Assembly: GCA_977016875.1 (NCBI GenBank)
Contig: CDRNST010000144.1
Location: 1,736,001-1,800,000 of the forward strand
DNA: 64,000 bases
Direction: 5' to 3'
Origin: Pavona decussata
Lineage: Eukaryota
A model generated the notes under the pieces. The model was not told the DNA's origin. It searched no databases and saw only the letters and a list, made by a program, of their open reading frames with translations. Below, one piece after another: positions 51,797 through 64,000 of the stretch (position 1 is its first letter; the number at the start of each line of letters is the position of its first letter). A program made the position numbers and the translations under genes.

Positions 51797-54142
51797 TGTT
51801 TTTAAAAACAATCAAGTAATATTAGTAGGCCTTGCTGATTTCCTTTTCAAGAACAACTAGAAAGCAATTTATAGTTGCTATTTCTCGGGCTGGGTATAAT
51901 GGCTTATATACCTTGGCCACTGAGCCCTCCCTGGCATTGTATTATACAATGATCCAGTTATTAATAAAAAATGTAATATCACATGGAGGTTTTGCTTGCT
52001 TTCTTTATCAGGAGGGGTACTCTAATAGAGGGGAGGGCTTTGCAAAAGTCTTGCTTCTTTAGGATCCTAGCTACTAAATACATTATGGTATTTATCATAC
52101 CTGTCAAGACTTTGATCCTTTGCTCAAAATTGCGGCAGAACAGTGAAATGGGCTTCACAAAGATTAGAATGGCCTCGCCCTAACTCTGGGTGGATTACTT
52201 TCTCGGCTTGCTCTGCTCTGTTTTTGCATTCAATTCTGTATGACATCCAATGGAAATCACACGTGAGAGGACACTTGGTTTTGTATGGAATGCCATCGCA
52301 TTGCAAATCTTTATCCTCGGCACATTTCTTGCAAGAACATGTCAGGGCATCATGGAAATCACAAGACCCGCCTTCCCATTCGTGAACATCTCTGCAGTGG
52401 TGGGTCGATAAATCTCTGATACGGCTGGCGTATTCCTCCGGTGTTTTACTCTGCTGCAGAATGATGAAGTGGTTGATGCGGGCCCCTTTGATGAAACTGT
52501 CAGATAAACAGCCACATCCAGACTTGTGCCTAGTTCCACTACATTTGCATTTTATTGTTTCAATGGTAGGAAATTTTTCCTTGTACTTCCTTTTGATGTC
52601 GTCGGTGAATTCCTTCTTTTTTGAGGATTCTTTCAAATTGTTTGTGTGGGCTCTTCCTACATGCCCTCCACATTTATAAACTTTTGCTGTGGGATGGGTG
52701 CTATTTACAGCTTTTGCCGATGTAGAGTCGCCATCTTGCCAAACCGTGTTCACTTTGCATCCTTCATCCTTTGCTTGTTGGTAACACTCATCTGCCAAAA
52801 CTCCTTCCATGGATTTCGCAGTGCCCTCGTACAGGTCTTCCTCAATGACGTTATCCTTTCCTCTCATGCACTTATGGCCATACCAAAGGAGCCCTCCAGT
52901 TAGGTAGTTCTTAATAATAAAAGAACCATTCTTACTGAAGTGCCCCCTGGTATGCCAAACACCATCAGATGTGACAACCGCTTTTTTCCAACTACCAAGA
53001 ACATCAGGTGAGATTGATTTCATTCGCTCCTTCTCGTCTTCGCACATTTCATTCAAAATATCCGTAACAACAGGGTATACAAGCTTAATGATCTCGTAGT
53101 AACGATTCTTGGTGACACAGCTGATGCCTAGGAACTGTCTCAAAGTTCTGTCAAACTTGGCAAATCCATGACCAGATAGAAAAAAGGCTACCCCAAGGGC
53201 AAGCCCCACAACAGTTCGCCGAGATCCTTCAACAAGGGCTGATCCTTGGAAATTAACTGTACGCAGTTGGCAACTGTTACACGTGAAGGTGGCATTCAGG
53301 CTCCCCCCTTGACCGACTGCCTCAACTTTGGAAAGCACTAGAAAACCTAACAAATTTGGAATACGAGAGTTAGCTTAGAAATATAACTCTGTGACAGAAA
53401 AGACATGCAAAGCTGTTGATCATAAATTATATTTCTTCATTTAGCATTTCATGGGCATAACAGCTCAGGTCATCTGTATACAATAAGGGCAAATGTGGGC
53501 AGATAACTTTTTAGCAGGAGCAAGATAGCAGAGACATGCAGAGGTGCGAGAATATCAAGAAAACAATGAAAATATTCTGTTGGCTTTTGCAGATGTAACA
53601 TAGCAATAAAGTTTGTAAAATGTTGAGGCTAACTTACCATTACAGTTTGCCGTAGAACACTTGGAGGTGTCGTTAATTTGCTGGACGAAATCCATGAGCT
53701 GTGATGACTCACAGACAAATAAGCGGCGCTCCATATGTTGACCACGTGCAGTTTTGTCATCTTCGCTGTCACATTCGACCACTTGTAACTTCTCTGGCAA
53801 TCCCTCATCAGAAAGCAAATAGTCAGAATCGTCAGTCTTTCCCTCGTCTTGGCTGTCAGAGCTTAGTTTCTCAAGTAGACATGCATCCATTTTCCTCGAC
53901 TTGAGAGCTTCTTTAACGGCTGCCTGCGTTTTGTATACTGTTTTACCTGGACTTGAAAACTGCAACTGGGTCTTTGAACCACGTTGGTACCTTTTTTCTC
54001 TCCAGTTGGCTGGAAGGCTGCTAAACGTCTTCCTGCTTCCAAGGCCTTTTCCACGTTTTTCTGCACTTTTCATCCCTCTTTCTTCTGCTAATTTCTTCTT
54101 CTCAGCGGAAGAAATCTTTCTCCTCTTCTTCGGCGGCGCCAT
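50953..54142 (-). pseudogene. Kolobok-type DDE transposase with N-terminal NLS and MBD-like domain; 3 exons, 736 codons, single premature TGA
   Basis: Exons 54142-53638, 53346-52101, 51412-50953 join in frame (2211 nt); SDGVWHTRGH, TAKSME, QDGDS, KCGGH, SNLCEAHF; C-terminal CRCGSTEHKRTSHKSCP knuckle; stop at 52124-52126. Confidence 0.88.
51686..51968. mobile_element. Small non-autonomous repeat (Crypton-like) in Kolobok intron 2
   Basis: ttaacaattattcc terminus and internal palindrome atagccaac..gttggctat. Confidence 0.5.
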
Positions 54143-56739
54143 TTTTGATGATTCGAGAGAATATCACAGCATGCGCACATGACCGGAAGTTCTTCCGCAT
54201 AGCAACGACCGAAACGTCACCTGACTAGGGAGGGGTGAGGGAATAAAAAGCGTTTTCTGCTCTGCGATAGATTTGGACAGCGGAGAAAGACCAAGATGGC
54301 GTCCAAGTTGAGAAATCGAATGAAATGAGCAATTTTTGGTGTAATCGGACATTTTGACTAATGGATTTCCACTTTTAAACTTCTTCACAGGTAGGGGCAC
54401 TAGGAGAAATGAAAATTCTCGGGAATTATTGAGCATTTTCTCATAAAACTTGGCATGATGAACGATTACGTGCCGATGTACAATCCTAGTTTCGATACCG
54501 TCCGGGGAATAAAAATGAGGTCAACAAAAAAATACGACCGTGAGTATACCGTTTGCAATTGAAAAATATTAATTTTTAATAAAAATATTCCACTTCAAGG
54601 TGGTATTAAAACCATGTCAGTGCATTATGTGGAACTGAAACAGATTCAGTAAAGTTTTTGCCATAATGTTACATACCAGAGAAGAAAAACAGAAAGTTCC
54701 TGATTTTGATTCGATTAATAATTAAACCAGTGTGCACCATAGGGTGGCTATGTGTAAAATCTCTTGATGTTTCTGTGTTCTACTATAAACATTATGTCAC
54801 CTTGATTAAATAAAAGGAACTCAGCCAAGGTATAAGTATTTTATTTTATTTTTTCAAAATTCACCATTTTAGCCAGGGCACATACCTTAAAACTATTTCA
54901 ATATAAATATAAGCACAGTACATTTCACTCGAAAACTCATTAACAATTCATAAGCCCATTGACCAATAAAATGGTCCATAAAACATCACTTGCAGTGGTT
55001 TTAAATCTCGATAAAACACTGCTGCTCGTGTTTTAAACATTAGTTAAACTATATCTTCCCTTTTTAGTACATTTGATACAAAAAACTCAACGCTTTTTGA
55101 GAATAATCGGAAATTGGTCAGTTCTCTATTCCAAAGTTATTGATGCGACACTCTTGAAGTGCATCTTCACTCGTGAAGATTTACACTACCAGCTTCGACT
55201 AGCATTTACCGTTGGAGGATACTGTATGCGTGTGTGATAAGAAATCAATCTCTGTGGATAAAACACTAGCCTCCAAATTTTGGAAATTTGCTGACGAGGC
55301 GATATATTTGACTGCTTGCGGCTCCTTCCAGAGCATGGGGACCCCCCTTTTTAATTTCATTTTTGGAGTTTTCTTATTATGGTCAACGAATGAGCAAAGT
55401 TAGGAAAAAATCTATGTTTATTTCTGTTTCGGGGGAATGACGTTAAAAGCATCCATCAAGCATGGAAATTATCTCTGCTATTAATTGCTGGGTAGTGTGG
55501 TTGTTGCTTGTTGATCTCCTAATTGAACGTTGAAAACATTACCTTCACTCAAACGTTTTACTGTTTGCTTGATCAAGAGGTTCCCATAACTAATAACTAC
55601 CAATTTAATAAGAGTCAACACTTGGCCATGACAGAAAATAAGTTTACATTTCCACTGCCAATGTCAAGGACAGGATCTCCCTCCTTTGAAAAAGTTGCTA
55701 TAAAATTCTTTTGGATGGCCTTGAACACTTTCCTTCTCCACCTCAATCAAATTTGTTGTGTTTCTGGAAACATGTCTATCAGTTAGCTTCTTGTCAGAGA
55801 CTGCCCAGTGGCCCACAACAAAGCAGTCAATGGCTTCAGTCATAAGTAAGTTTGAAAGACAAAATGCATGTTTGCAAGCTTCAACAACCTATTAAACATT
55901 AGCCTGCATGGCAAAGCATTATTTGGACAAGGGGCAAGCAAAGCCGTGGGGATCCTGGTAGGGAGAGCACAAGCTTTCACTGTGGGAGGATTGAGAGGGG
56001 GATAGAGGCTCCTTGTGGATTGCAGCCCCACTCTTTTCACGGCTGCACACTCTCATCACGCGCTGTGGCTTCGTTCACTCTGTGGCCAAAGAATGACTCA
56101 GGACCACACAGGCTTAGTAAACATCACTCAGTGGGGAATGCTAACTTTAATCAGTATCCATAATGGTAAACCAATGTGTATACATAAACATGTTTAACAT
56201 TATTTGTAACTTTTACTACAGTAATGTTGTAGTTTTGTATTGCAGCAGAACTACAAGTGTAGATAGACTTGATGATTTATACTGGAGAAACCTGCCAATT
56301 ACATTGTTGGCAATTAAATAACTTTTTCTGTTTAAGTTTTTCTTGAAGGAGGGGAAAGCTGTTCAAGGGCTAGCATCACACATCAGATATTTTAGTTATA
56401 CGCATTCAAAACCAGAACAACCATGTTCAAGTTGGGGTGCTTTGCTTTCGAGTTTCGAGGGTGCTGCGTGCTTAGGTTGAGTGATTCATTTTCGATACTA
56501 CCCATGAAGCACTAGTGCACTTACCTTTGGTTTTCTAAATCGGGCATTTTTGCTCCCTACAAAGCCCCATTGGGTCATGGCAGTTCCATGAGACAAGACA
56601 GCTTGCTGAACTTGGTGTGATGCTGCAGCAGGGCATACTATTATGAGGTTGACGATTGTCATCAGCCTTTTAAAATTTATGCGTATCACCAGATCAACAA
56701 TGTCGCGGACTTCATTCTCTAAGTCCTGCTGGAAAGAAA

Positions 56740-57172
56740 GTTAAACCTCCTGTATGCGACCACCCCAAAAATGTCAAGCCTAGGTGGTAGCTTACGAGAG
56801 GCAAAACCATACGCAAATGGTAATTTTTAAATTCACAAGAAAAGTCTATTTCGGAAAATACCTCCTGTACCTCCAACTGTGAAATTTCAGCCTCTTGTCT
56901 ACGCAATGATGAGAGAATGTTACTAATAACAGTTGATTACAAATTATCTATTTTTTTGCTGATTATCTGTCAAGTGGTCGCTTATGGGAGATTAAAAAAA
57001 ACAAGAAAATTTTCAACTTTCAGCTGTAAAAGTGGTCGTGGTCACAACGAGAGGTGGTCGCTTACAAGAGGTTCTAACTGTAGTGACTTGAAAACTCTTG
57101 GTATTTTGGAAAACTGGTCGCTCAGGAGAGGTGGTCTCTTATGAGGGGTGGTCGCGGAGGGAGGTTCAACTG
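56740..57172. mobile_element. MITE with GGTGGTCGCTTA subterminal repeats
   Basis: aacctcc..gcgaccacc at left, repeated gaggtggtcgctt and ggaggttcaactg-ta at right. Confidence 0.7.
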
Positions 57173-58801
57173 TATTGTTAACATTTAGCTAATATCAGAT
57201 GCACTTTTTGTTCGATTCAAATTACTATTATTACGTTTCTGTTAAACTGCCTTCTTTTCAGGACAAAGGCACAGAACCCAAGAAAATACATGTATTGTGC
57301 TAAGTACTATGCCTGATGTTTTAACACCTGTAGTGTATGAGATGGTTGAGATAAAAATCTGATTTCAGTGGTTCAGCTTGTATTCTCCAAACAACAACTG
57401 TTGCAATTATGACTCAATTACTGTGCGAATCCGAAAACCTTGTACACACCGGGCTACATAGTGCAGAAGAGTTTCTTATGCAAGACTGCAGTGCATGTAT
57501 TCATGTACATGTATATGCCTCTTGTCATAAAAGCCGCATTAACTAAGTTACATTATTGATCCACTAACCTCATAATTGAACCCTGCATGTCCCACTGACA
57601 AGAATGCCCCATTTTCAAAGTATGCCAATGCCTCCTCTATATTGATATCCTTATATCTGGAAAAGACAATGTGGCCGCTTACACCATCGAGTCCAGTTAT
57701 CACCATGTCGTTTGTTTCCTCCTCCTCTCCTCTGTCTGCTTTGTCTTTGAGGTGTTTTAAAAACACCTTGAAATCGTGTAATTCCCCAAAATCACTCTAT
57801 AATTTTAACAGAATATATTATATGTGGCTAAATTTAATTTAGGCAAGATTAAACCTGAGTCAATGCAGCCAGCAGTCCTTCCCTTAGCTGTATGTGACCT
57901 GTGGGGTGGCCAAAGGGATTTTGCTGGACTTGCTCGTATATACTCTCCATGCTGGCTGGTCTTGGATGATCATTGCGGATTCTTCCTGACGCTTGTTTGC
58001 ATTAAGTCATTGTGGATGCATGTTGAAGCTTTGTTTGCGAATCGTTTTGTATTCTGGTTAGCTTCATTTGCGAATCGTAGCAGATTGTTGCAGATTATTG
58101 CTCCCACTCCACTCACCCTATTGGTACATATGCAGCAAAGTAAATAGTGGGTTAGGTGAGTATGGTTTCCACTTACTCCGTCAGTATGACGGTGCCGGTT
58201 GGTGGCATGTAGCTGATAGATGGTGCAATGTAAGAAGTAATGATAATTTAACTTAATGAGTTTTTTTTTTAAGTAACACAATCAGGTCTACCCTAAACCG
58301 TAGAAGCCTTTCTGAACAAACAATGCCTCCAAATTTTCTCACTGCCTCCTACCAGCTGATTATTTTGAAAAAATTTCCAATTGCCTCCTGCACTTGAGAA
58401 AGAGCGTTCACATCATTGGCTTCATCTTTCAGCTCTTTCAAGCTCAACTCCCTTTCCTTTACCTAAAAGGTAGGAAATCATGTTTTAGAAAACTTTACAG
58501 TAAATAATGGAACCTGCATACATTATATAGTCAATCCAGGCAGCGTTAATCTAACATACAATAACAAAATGGTGAGTGTGGCCAAAAGAACTAGATAGTC
58601 AGATTTATTTCCTAATTATACTAATTGCCTGAATTAACATGCACATCCTCCAAATGATGCCCTGGGTGTTTATTTCAATTTTTGCAGTTCAATGAAGGCT
58701 GCTACATGTACTACATGTAAATGCAGTATGATAATAAATATGATTGTACAGTTCCACTAGACCGGGATACATGTAGTTGAAGTTGTTTGTGTGTATGTTA
58801 A

Positions 58802-59113
58802 AGGGGCAGCTGTACCACCAACTTTTAGTATCACTGAAAAGAGCCAAAAATGAAACGCATGTGTATCAATGAAAGGCTAGAGTAAGACATTTAAAATAGA
58901 CCAGTGTTGTTAAATGACTGGCTATTATATTACGCAGAAGCTATTAATAAAATATTAATGAATATGTCTGGTCACCAATGGCCAGGATGGAAATGGAGTC
59001 CAACTTTGTTCCCTTCATTGTCTGAAAGAAATCTATGTACTGCCCAAGGTACTTTGATATAAATTTAGCAAATGTGTGACAAAAATTAAGAAAATTGCCA
59101 TGACACTGCCCCT
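58802..59113. mobile_element. Kolobok-type MITE
   Basis: TTAA-aggggcag ... ctgcccct-TTAA. Confidence 0.75.
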
Positions 59114-60499
59114 TTAATTATGGTTCACATATATCACAAAATTTTGATGTACAGTAAAAGAAACAGGAGCAGCATGCATATGTGCCAATAAGGGACATAA
59201 CTGACTGCAACGTTAGCTTGAACTAAGTTAATTAACAGGCACAGCTGTTGAAACCTACAATCCACAGCAGTATATCTTAGACTGTAGTTCCCTTGTTTAC
59301 ATACAGTATGTATAATATGTATTTATAACATTACTGTAAATGTATTAAAAAAATGCTCAATGCAAAATAACACAAGATTATATATCAACTTTAAATACTA
59401 TGAACAACAATTAACACTGTACGTGTACACTTCACCTTTCTTAACAAAGAGAGTCTTTGCTCGTCCGTCAGGCTGCATAATGGCTTCATGTGTGACTGCT
59501 TCAGCGTTACAATTACCCGTACCGCTTCTCCAACACTAACTTTTTGGTCCTTCAAATTCCCTTTCTCGTACAGAGCATTAACTTCTTGGAAATCCTTCCA
59601 GACATCTTTTCTGACTCTGGGTATAGCAAAAACTTTTTTCTGTAAATATGTACAAAAAAAATGATCATATGAATAAGAAATACACTGTAAAAGAAAAATA
59701 CTCTTAGTTGTGAAAGGGCCCAAAAAAGTTCATTTTCTTGACAAAATGTATTCACTATTATTTTAATAGAGAGAGGGCGTTTATTTGGAACATTTAGAAC
59801 CAATGTACATGTACAATGAGAAACAGCTGAATATCTGGTACTTCGTACTCCCAACTCAGACAGTAAAATGGATTTCTGTCCATAACAAAATGGGCGATGA
59901 GAAGTTACCTCTCTACATAACAAGCGAGAACATTCATCCCTCCATGTTTGACTCGGTTCTGGTGGATCACCTGAAATGTCCTCCTGCCCAAACAACTGGC
60001 TACGGCACCTCTCAACCTAGTATATCAAATGGAGATACAATTTGGTATTCAGAATTCCGTCAACACCCTGGTTCTTAAATGTAGGCACATGAAATTATTT
60101 AATTTTACTTGGCCGTTTGAACAATTGCATGTACATGTAAGGTATTTTTGTACAATGCATGTGCAAGCAACCTGACATGAATTCCATAGCTGGCTTCCAT
60201 AGAGAGGAACATATATCTGGTTTATTAGTCTTAAGGACATTAATTTTTCTGACACATGTAAATGAAATTCGACCAGAACCTAGCCAGGTATTGACTGAAG
60301 TCCACCTTTGAGTCAGGCGGGCATTATTTTAAAATTTATACTTTTGTAGTACAACTATAAACATTTCCTAAATGAATCTCAGTGTACCTCTGAAATAATA
60401 AAATTGCTGAAAAATCAAATGCTATTAATATTTATTTCTATTTATTCACTTGGTAAGTCTCCTGTACATGTACATGTATCTCTTGCCAGAACATTCCTA

Positions 60500-63400
60500 T
60501 ATTAAAATTTATAAAGAGCTTTACCTCCTCTATATTAGTAACGTCATGTTGAAACATCCATGTTTGTGTCAGCCCAATACGCCCAAGAAGCGACAAATCC
60601 AACAAAGAACTGTTTTATTCGCTCTACAGCGATCAGTAGTTTTACATTCTCTCCGATTCTCTCTTCAGGCTAGTGCCAGTCCTTTTCGGTTAACTTAGTA
60701 ACTAGTTCCAGTTCTCTACATTTCTCTCCGCTAAAAGGAATGTTGTCCTCAAGATTAGGTAGTGAATCAAATGTCACTGACTAATGTACATGAGTTCTCT
60801 GTGTTCTTATTTGTCATCCACGAGTGAACGTATTTAAATTATTATTCCGGGTGATCAGGCCAGAACAATAGCTTTTGTCACACTCAAGTCTCGGTCTCCT
60901 GCTGCAGCATAACACAAAAATCACTATATCTACATCATCCCATACTCTATACAAAGAACTTTCCATAAAAGAAACGATCTCCGAAACGGAATTACACCCC
61001 TTGAATACTCTCCTTGAACATAGGCCAAAATAGTCATAATATAACGTGATTTATAAAAGGACATTAATTACTTAGTGTTATCTCAAAATGAACGTGACTC
61101 CAACAGATACAAATCAGTTCAATTGTTCCTTTCCAAGGAGCTATCAATAGCACCAGGGAACACAGGGAAACGGTTGGACTGGTGCAGGAAGGTAGACAAC
61201 GCAAATCTGAGGCTGCAGGGTAGATTGTAACATCCATGGCACTGTAAACGGTTGCCATACAAACTGCTGTGGATGTGATGCTATAATACCTTGAATTCCA
61301 GCTGGAAAGGAAGGCTGTCCCAGTGTATCATATGTCATTCTAAGCAGTGGTCTGCTAGTTCATTGCGACTGCCTTGGAGGTGCTCCATCTATAGCATCAT
61401 CTAAAATCACCTCCGGTTGTGCTAGGCCTTCCATATCATGCTCTGAGTCAAGGTCATCAGCCTGATGAGGATCGACATTCTGTTCTGCTAACCCTGCGGC
61501 AGATCTAGTGTTATCTTCTTCATGATAGCTTGTAGACCCGTAAAATTCTTGAAGCTGATTTGGTGTTAAACTAGGAACGTCCTCATCAGTGGCAACGGAA
61601 ATTTCCTCTTGTGGGATCACTTGCTTGCTGGTGCTCCTGGATGTTCGTTGGCTACGTTTCAATGGTTTAGTTTCACTTTCAACAGGAAAGTAAGAGCATG
61701 GCAATAGGAGGTTGCGATGCAGAACTCTGGATCTTCCATCCCCATTCTCCGGCTTTACTTCATAAACTGGTGTATCTTTCATGTTATGAGTTACAACATA
61801 AATTTGTTGCTCCCAGTAAGGGCGTAATTTGCCTGGGCCACCTCGCTCGTTCATATTCCTCACTAGCACGCGATCTCCTTCGTAAAGGGCAGTATGTCTC
61901 ACTCTCTTGTCATACTGTTGTTTACCAGTTTCTGCACTTTTCTTTGCATGAGCAGACGTCAAGTCATAAGCTTCTTTCATCGCTTGTCTCCATTTCCTGA
62001 CATATTCCGGATATGTCGATTACCCTGCTGGAGGCTTCAGGCCAAACATTAGATCGATGGGGAGTCGTGGGTTTCTCCCAAATAGTAGATAGAATGGTGA
62101 GAAGCCAGTGGAGTCGTGACGGGTACAGTTATAGCCGTGGACTACCTTATTAAGGTGGTCACGCCAGCGGGATTTCTGTTCGCAGGTAGTGCTAGCAGCA
62201 TTGACAAGAGTGTCCAGTTGAACCTCTCAACCTGTCCGTTCCCCTGCGGGTGATAGGGTGTTGTTCGCGAATGTTTGATACCACTAAGTTTCTCGAGATT
62301 GTAGAAAAGCTTATTTTCGAATTCACCTCCTTGATCATGATGAATGGTCTCCGGGAATCCAAATCTCATGATAAAGTCATTATACAGCCTATCAGCAGCA
62401 GTCTTGGCTGATTTGTCACGCGTGGCATACGCTTGAGCAAATCTCGTGAAGTGGCCCATGATCACCAGTATATATTGATATCCACCAGAGCTTGGTTCGA
62501 GATGGACAAAATCCATGGATACAAGTTGAAAAGGTGCTGTAGAAGTGATGGGCTGAAGTGGTGCATTAATGTGGGTTGTAGGCTTTCGTTGTTTCAGGCA
62601 CCGGCACACTTCTGTAACATAATGAGTGATGTCTGCCCGCATAAAAGGCCAATAGAAACGCTGTCTGGCTAGTTCAATAACTCTATCTGCTCGCAAATGT
62701 CCCATATTCTTATGCAGTTCCTCATAAACTCTTTTGTGGTACTTCCTGGGCAACACCATTTGATTTCTAGATCCAGACTTGTGATAGAGAATTCCATCTT
62801 CAGCAACGAACAGGTTATTCCACTCGTGTAAAAGCTGTCGTACCATAGCAGGCTCCTTCTGTCTCTCCTGGTAGGTGCGACGCCTCCTGATTTGCATGAA
62901 ATGTAAAGCACGAGCAATTGTTGGGTCTTCCTGTTGGGCAGCTACAATTTCAAAAGTGGGCAAAGTTGCTACGTCTTCACAGTCTTCCTTTAACAGGTCA
63001 GGTACCGCCGCGAGGGAGGACAACCAGGCAGTTTGACCAGAGTTTGTTTCATGAATTGATGATGTAACAGCATTCAAGACATCCTGACTGACTACTTCTG
63101 AGCAACCTTCCATGTATTCCTCAAAACTAAGTGGCACATGCGACAGGGTATCAGCATCTGCATTCGCTTTGCCTGGTCCATATCTGATTTCAAAGTGGAA
63201 ATCAGCAAGTTCATTCACCCATCGCAGACCTGTTGCATTAAGTTTCGCTGATGTGAGGATGTAGGTCAGGGAATTATTGTCGGTGAAAACAGTAAACTTG
63301 GGAGTGTAGTACAAGTAATCGCAGAACTGGTCAGTAATTGCCCACTTCAGGGCCAGAAACTCCAGCTTGCCTGCGTGGAGGTGGTAGTTCCTTTCAGCTG

Positions 63401-64000
63401 GTGACAATGCTCGTGAAGCATAAGCAATTACTCTCATGACGTCATTCTGTTTCTGGTACAACACTGCTCCTAGGCCCTCTCCACTTGCATCAGTATGAAG
63501 AGTAAATGCTTTCAAGAAATCCGGGTAGGCCATGATAGGTGGACTACTGAGGTTTCCCACGAGCTCCTCCAGGGCTGCTTGCTGTTTACTTCCCCAGCAA
63601 ACTGGTGTCTTTGAGGATGGCTGCCCATTCTTTCCTGTGGTTGTTAGCAGGTTATATATTGGTCGTGCAACCTTTGCAAAGTTCTTGATGTATCGACGGT
63701 AGTAACTGAGTATTCCAGCAAGCTGTCTTACTTCACCAACACTTCTTGGCCTTGCTTCCTTTAGCTTCTCGATGGCTCTAACACTTCCTGGATCCATTCG
63801 ATAACCATCACCAGACACAATCCTCCCCAGGAAACAGACCTCACCCTTAAACAGACTACATTTTTTTGGCTTTAACTTCACTCCATGCTGAAGCAGCTTC
63901 CTTAACACTGCTCTCAGGTGCTCAACATGCTCTTCAAAAGTCCTACTAAACACAATTATGTCATCAAGGTATGGAATGGCCACCTTATCTCTCAGTTCAC
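60500..64000 (-). mobile_element. Gypsy LTR retrotransposon, 3' part (runs off window)
   Basis: RT-RH-IN order; putative 3' LTR beginning tgtgaca at 60882 on the minus strand, left boundary uncertain. Confidence 0.88.
61200..63983 (-). pseudogene. Gypsy pol (RT, RNase H, integrase, C-terminal extension), frameshifted
   Basis: [69 protein letters not shown]. Confidence 0.92.

Larger units (their letters stand above)
48388..54886 (-). mobile_element. Complete Kolobok-type DNA transposon (6.5 kb)
   Basis: TTAA TSDs (48384-48387, 54887-54890); 16-bp TIRs ggtatgggccctggat / agccagggcacatacc; two convergent spliced genes. Confidence 0.88.
55648..60016 (-). pseudogene. Multi-exon gene ending in an N4/N6 amino-methyltransferase-like SAM-binding motif
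   Basis: Phase-0 GT-AG exons 60016-59909, 59639-59436, 58462-58292, plus about 57797-57570, 56728-56525, 55843-55648; last exon reads GHPKEFY / IATFSKEGDPVLDIGSGN across a frameshift. Confidence 0.55.

Noticed and set aside
60480-60882. Exact 3' LTR of the right-hand Gypsy
   Set aside because: Partner LTR is outside the window and no clear PPT or TSD, so boundaries cannot be fixed.

Overview
Eukaryotic, AT-rich (roughly 38-40% GC by eye) transposon-dense window with no recognisable host gene; the SINE/MITE families resemble those of cnidarians/stony corals (inference). It is a set of nested insertions: an RPA-like OB-fold pseudogene split by a Merlin element (2918-11258, 8-bp TSD) that is itself split by a tyrosine-recombinase (DIRS/Ngaro-type) retroelement; L2/CR1 LINE fragments; an EnSpm-type fragment; a DD37E Tc1 element; a degraded RecQ-helicase/GCM/MULE-transposase ORF followed by an intron-containing Sola3-type transposase into which a very young Gmr1-type Gypsy element (31636-37530) has inserted; an intron-rich Sola1-type transposase; a complete 6.5-kb Kolobok element (48388-54886) whose near-intact transposase has an N-terminal MBD-like domain and a convergent KolX-like gene; a multi-exon gene ending in an amino-methyltransferase-like SAM motif; and a second Gypsy element running off the right edge. 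Best candidates for undescribed biology: the MBD-Kolobok transposase, the RecQ-GCM-MULE fusion, the Sola1 + methyltransferase-like gene pair, and an array of G-U-covarying bulged hairpins in the DIRS element. All family assignments are from motif recognition by eye, not database searches.
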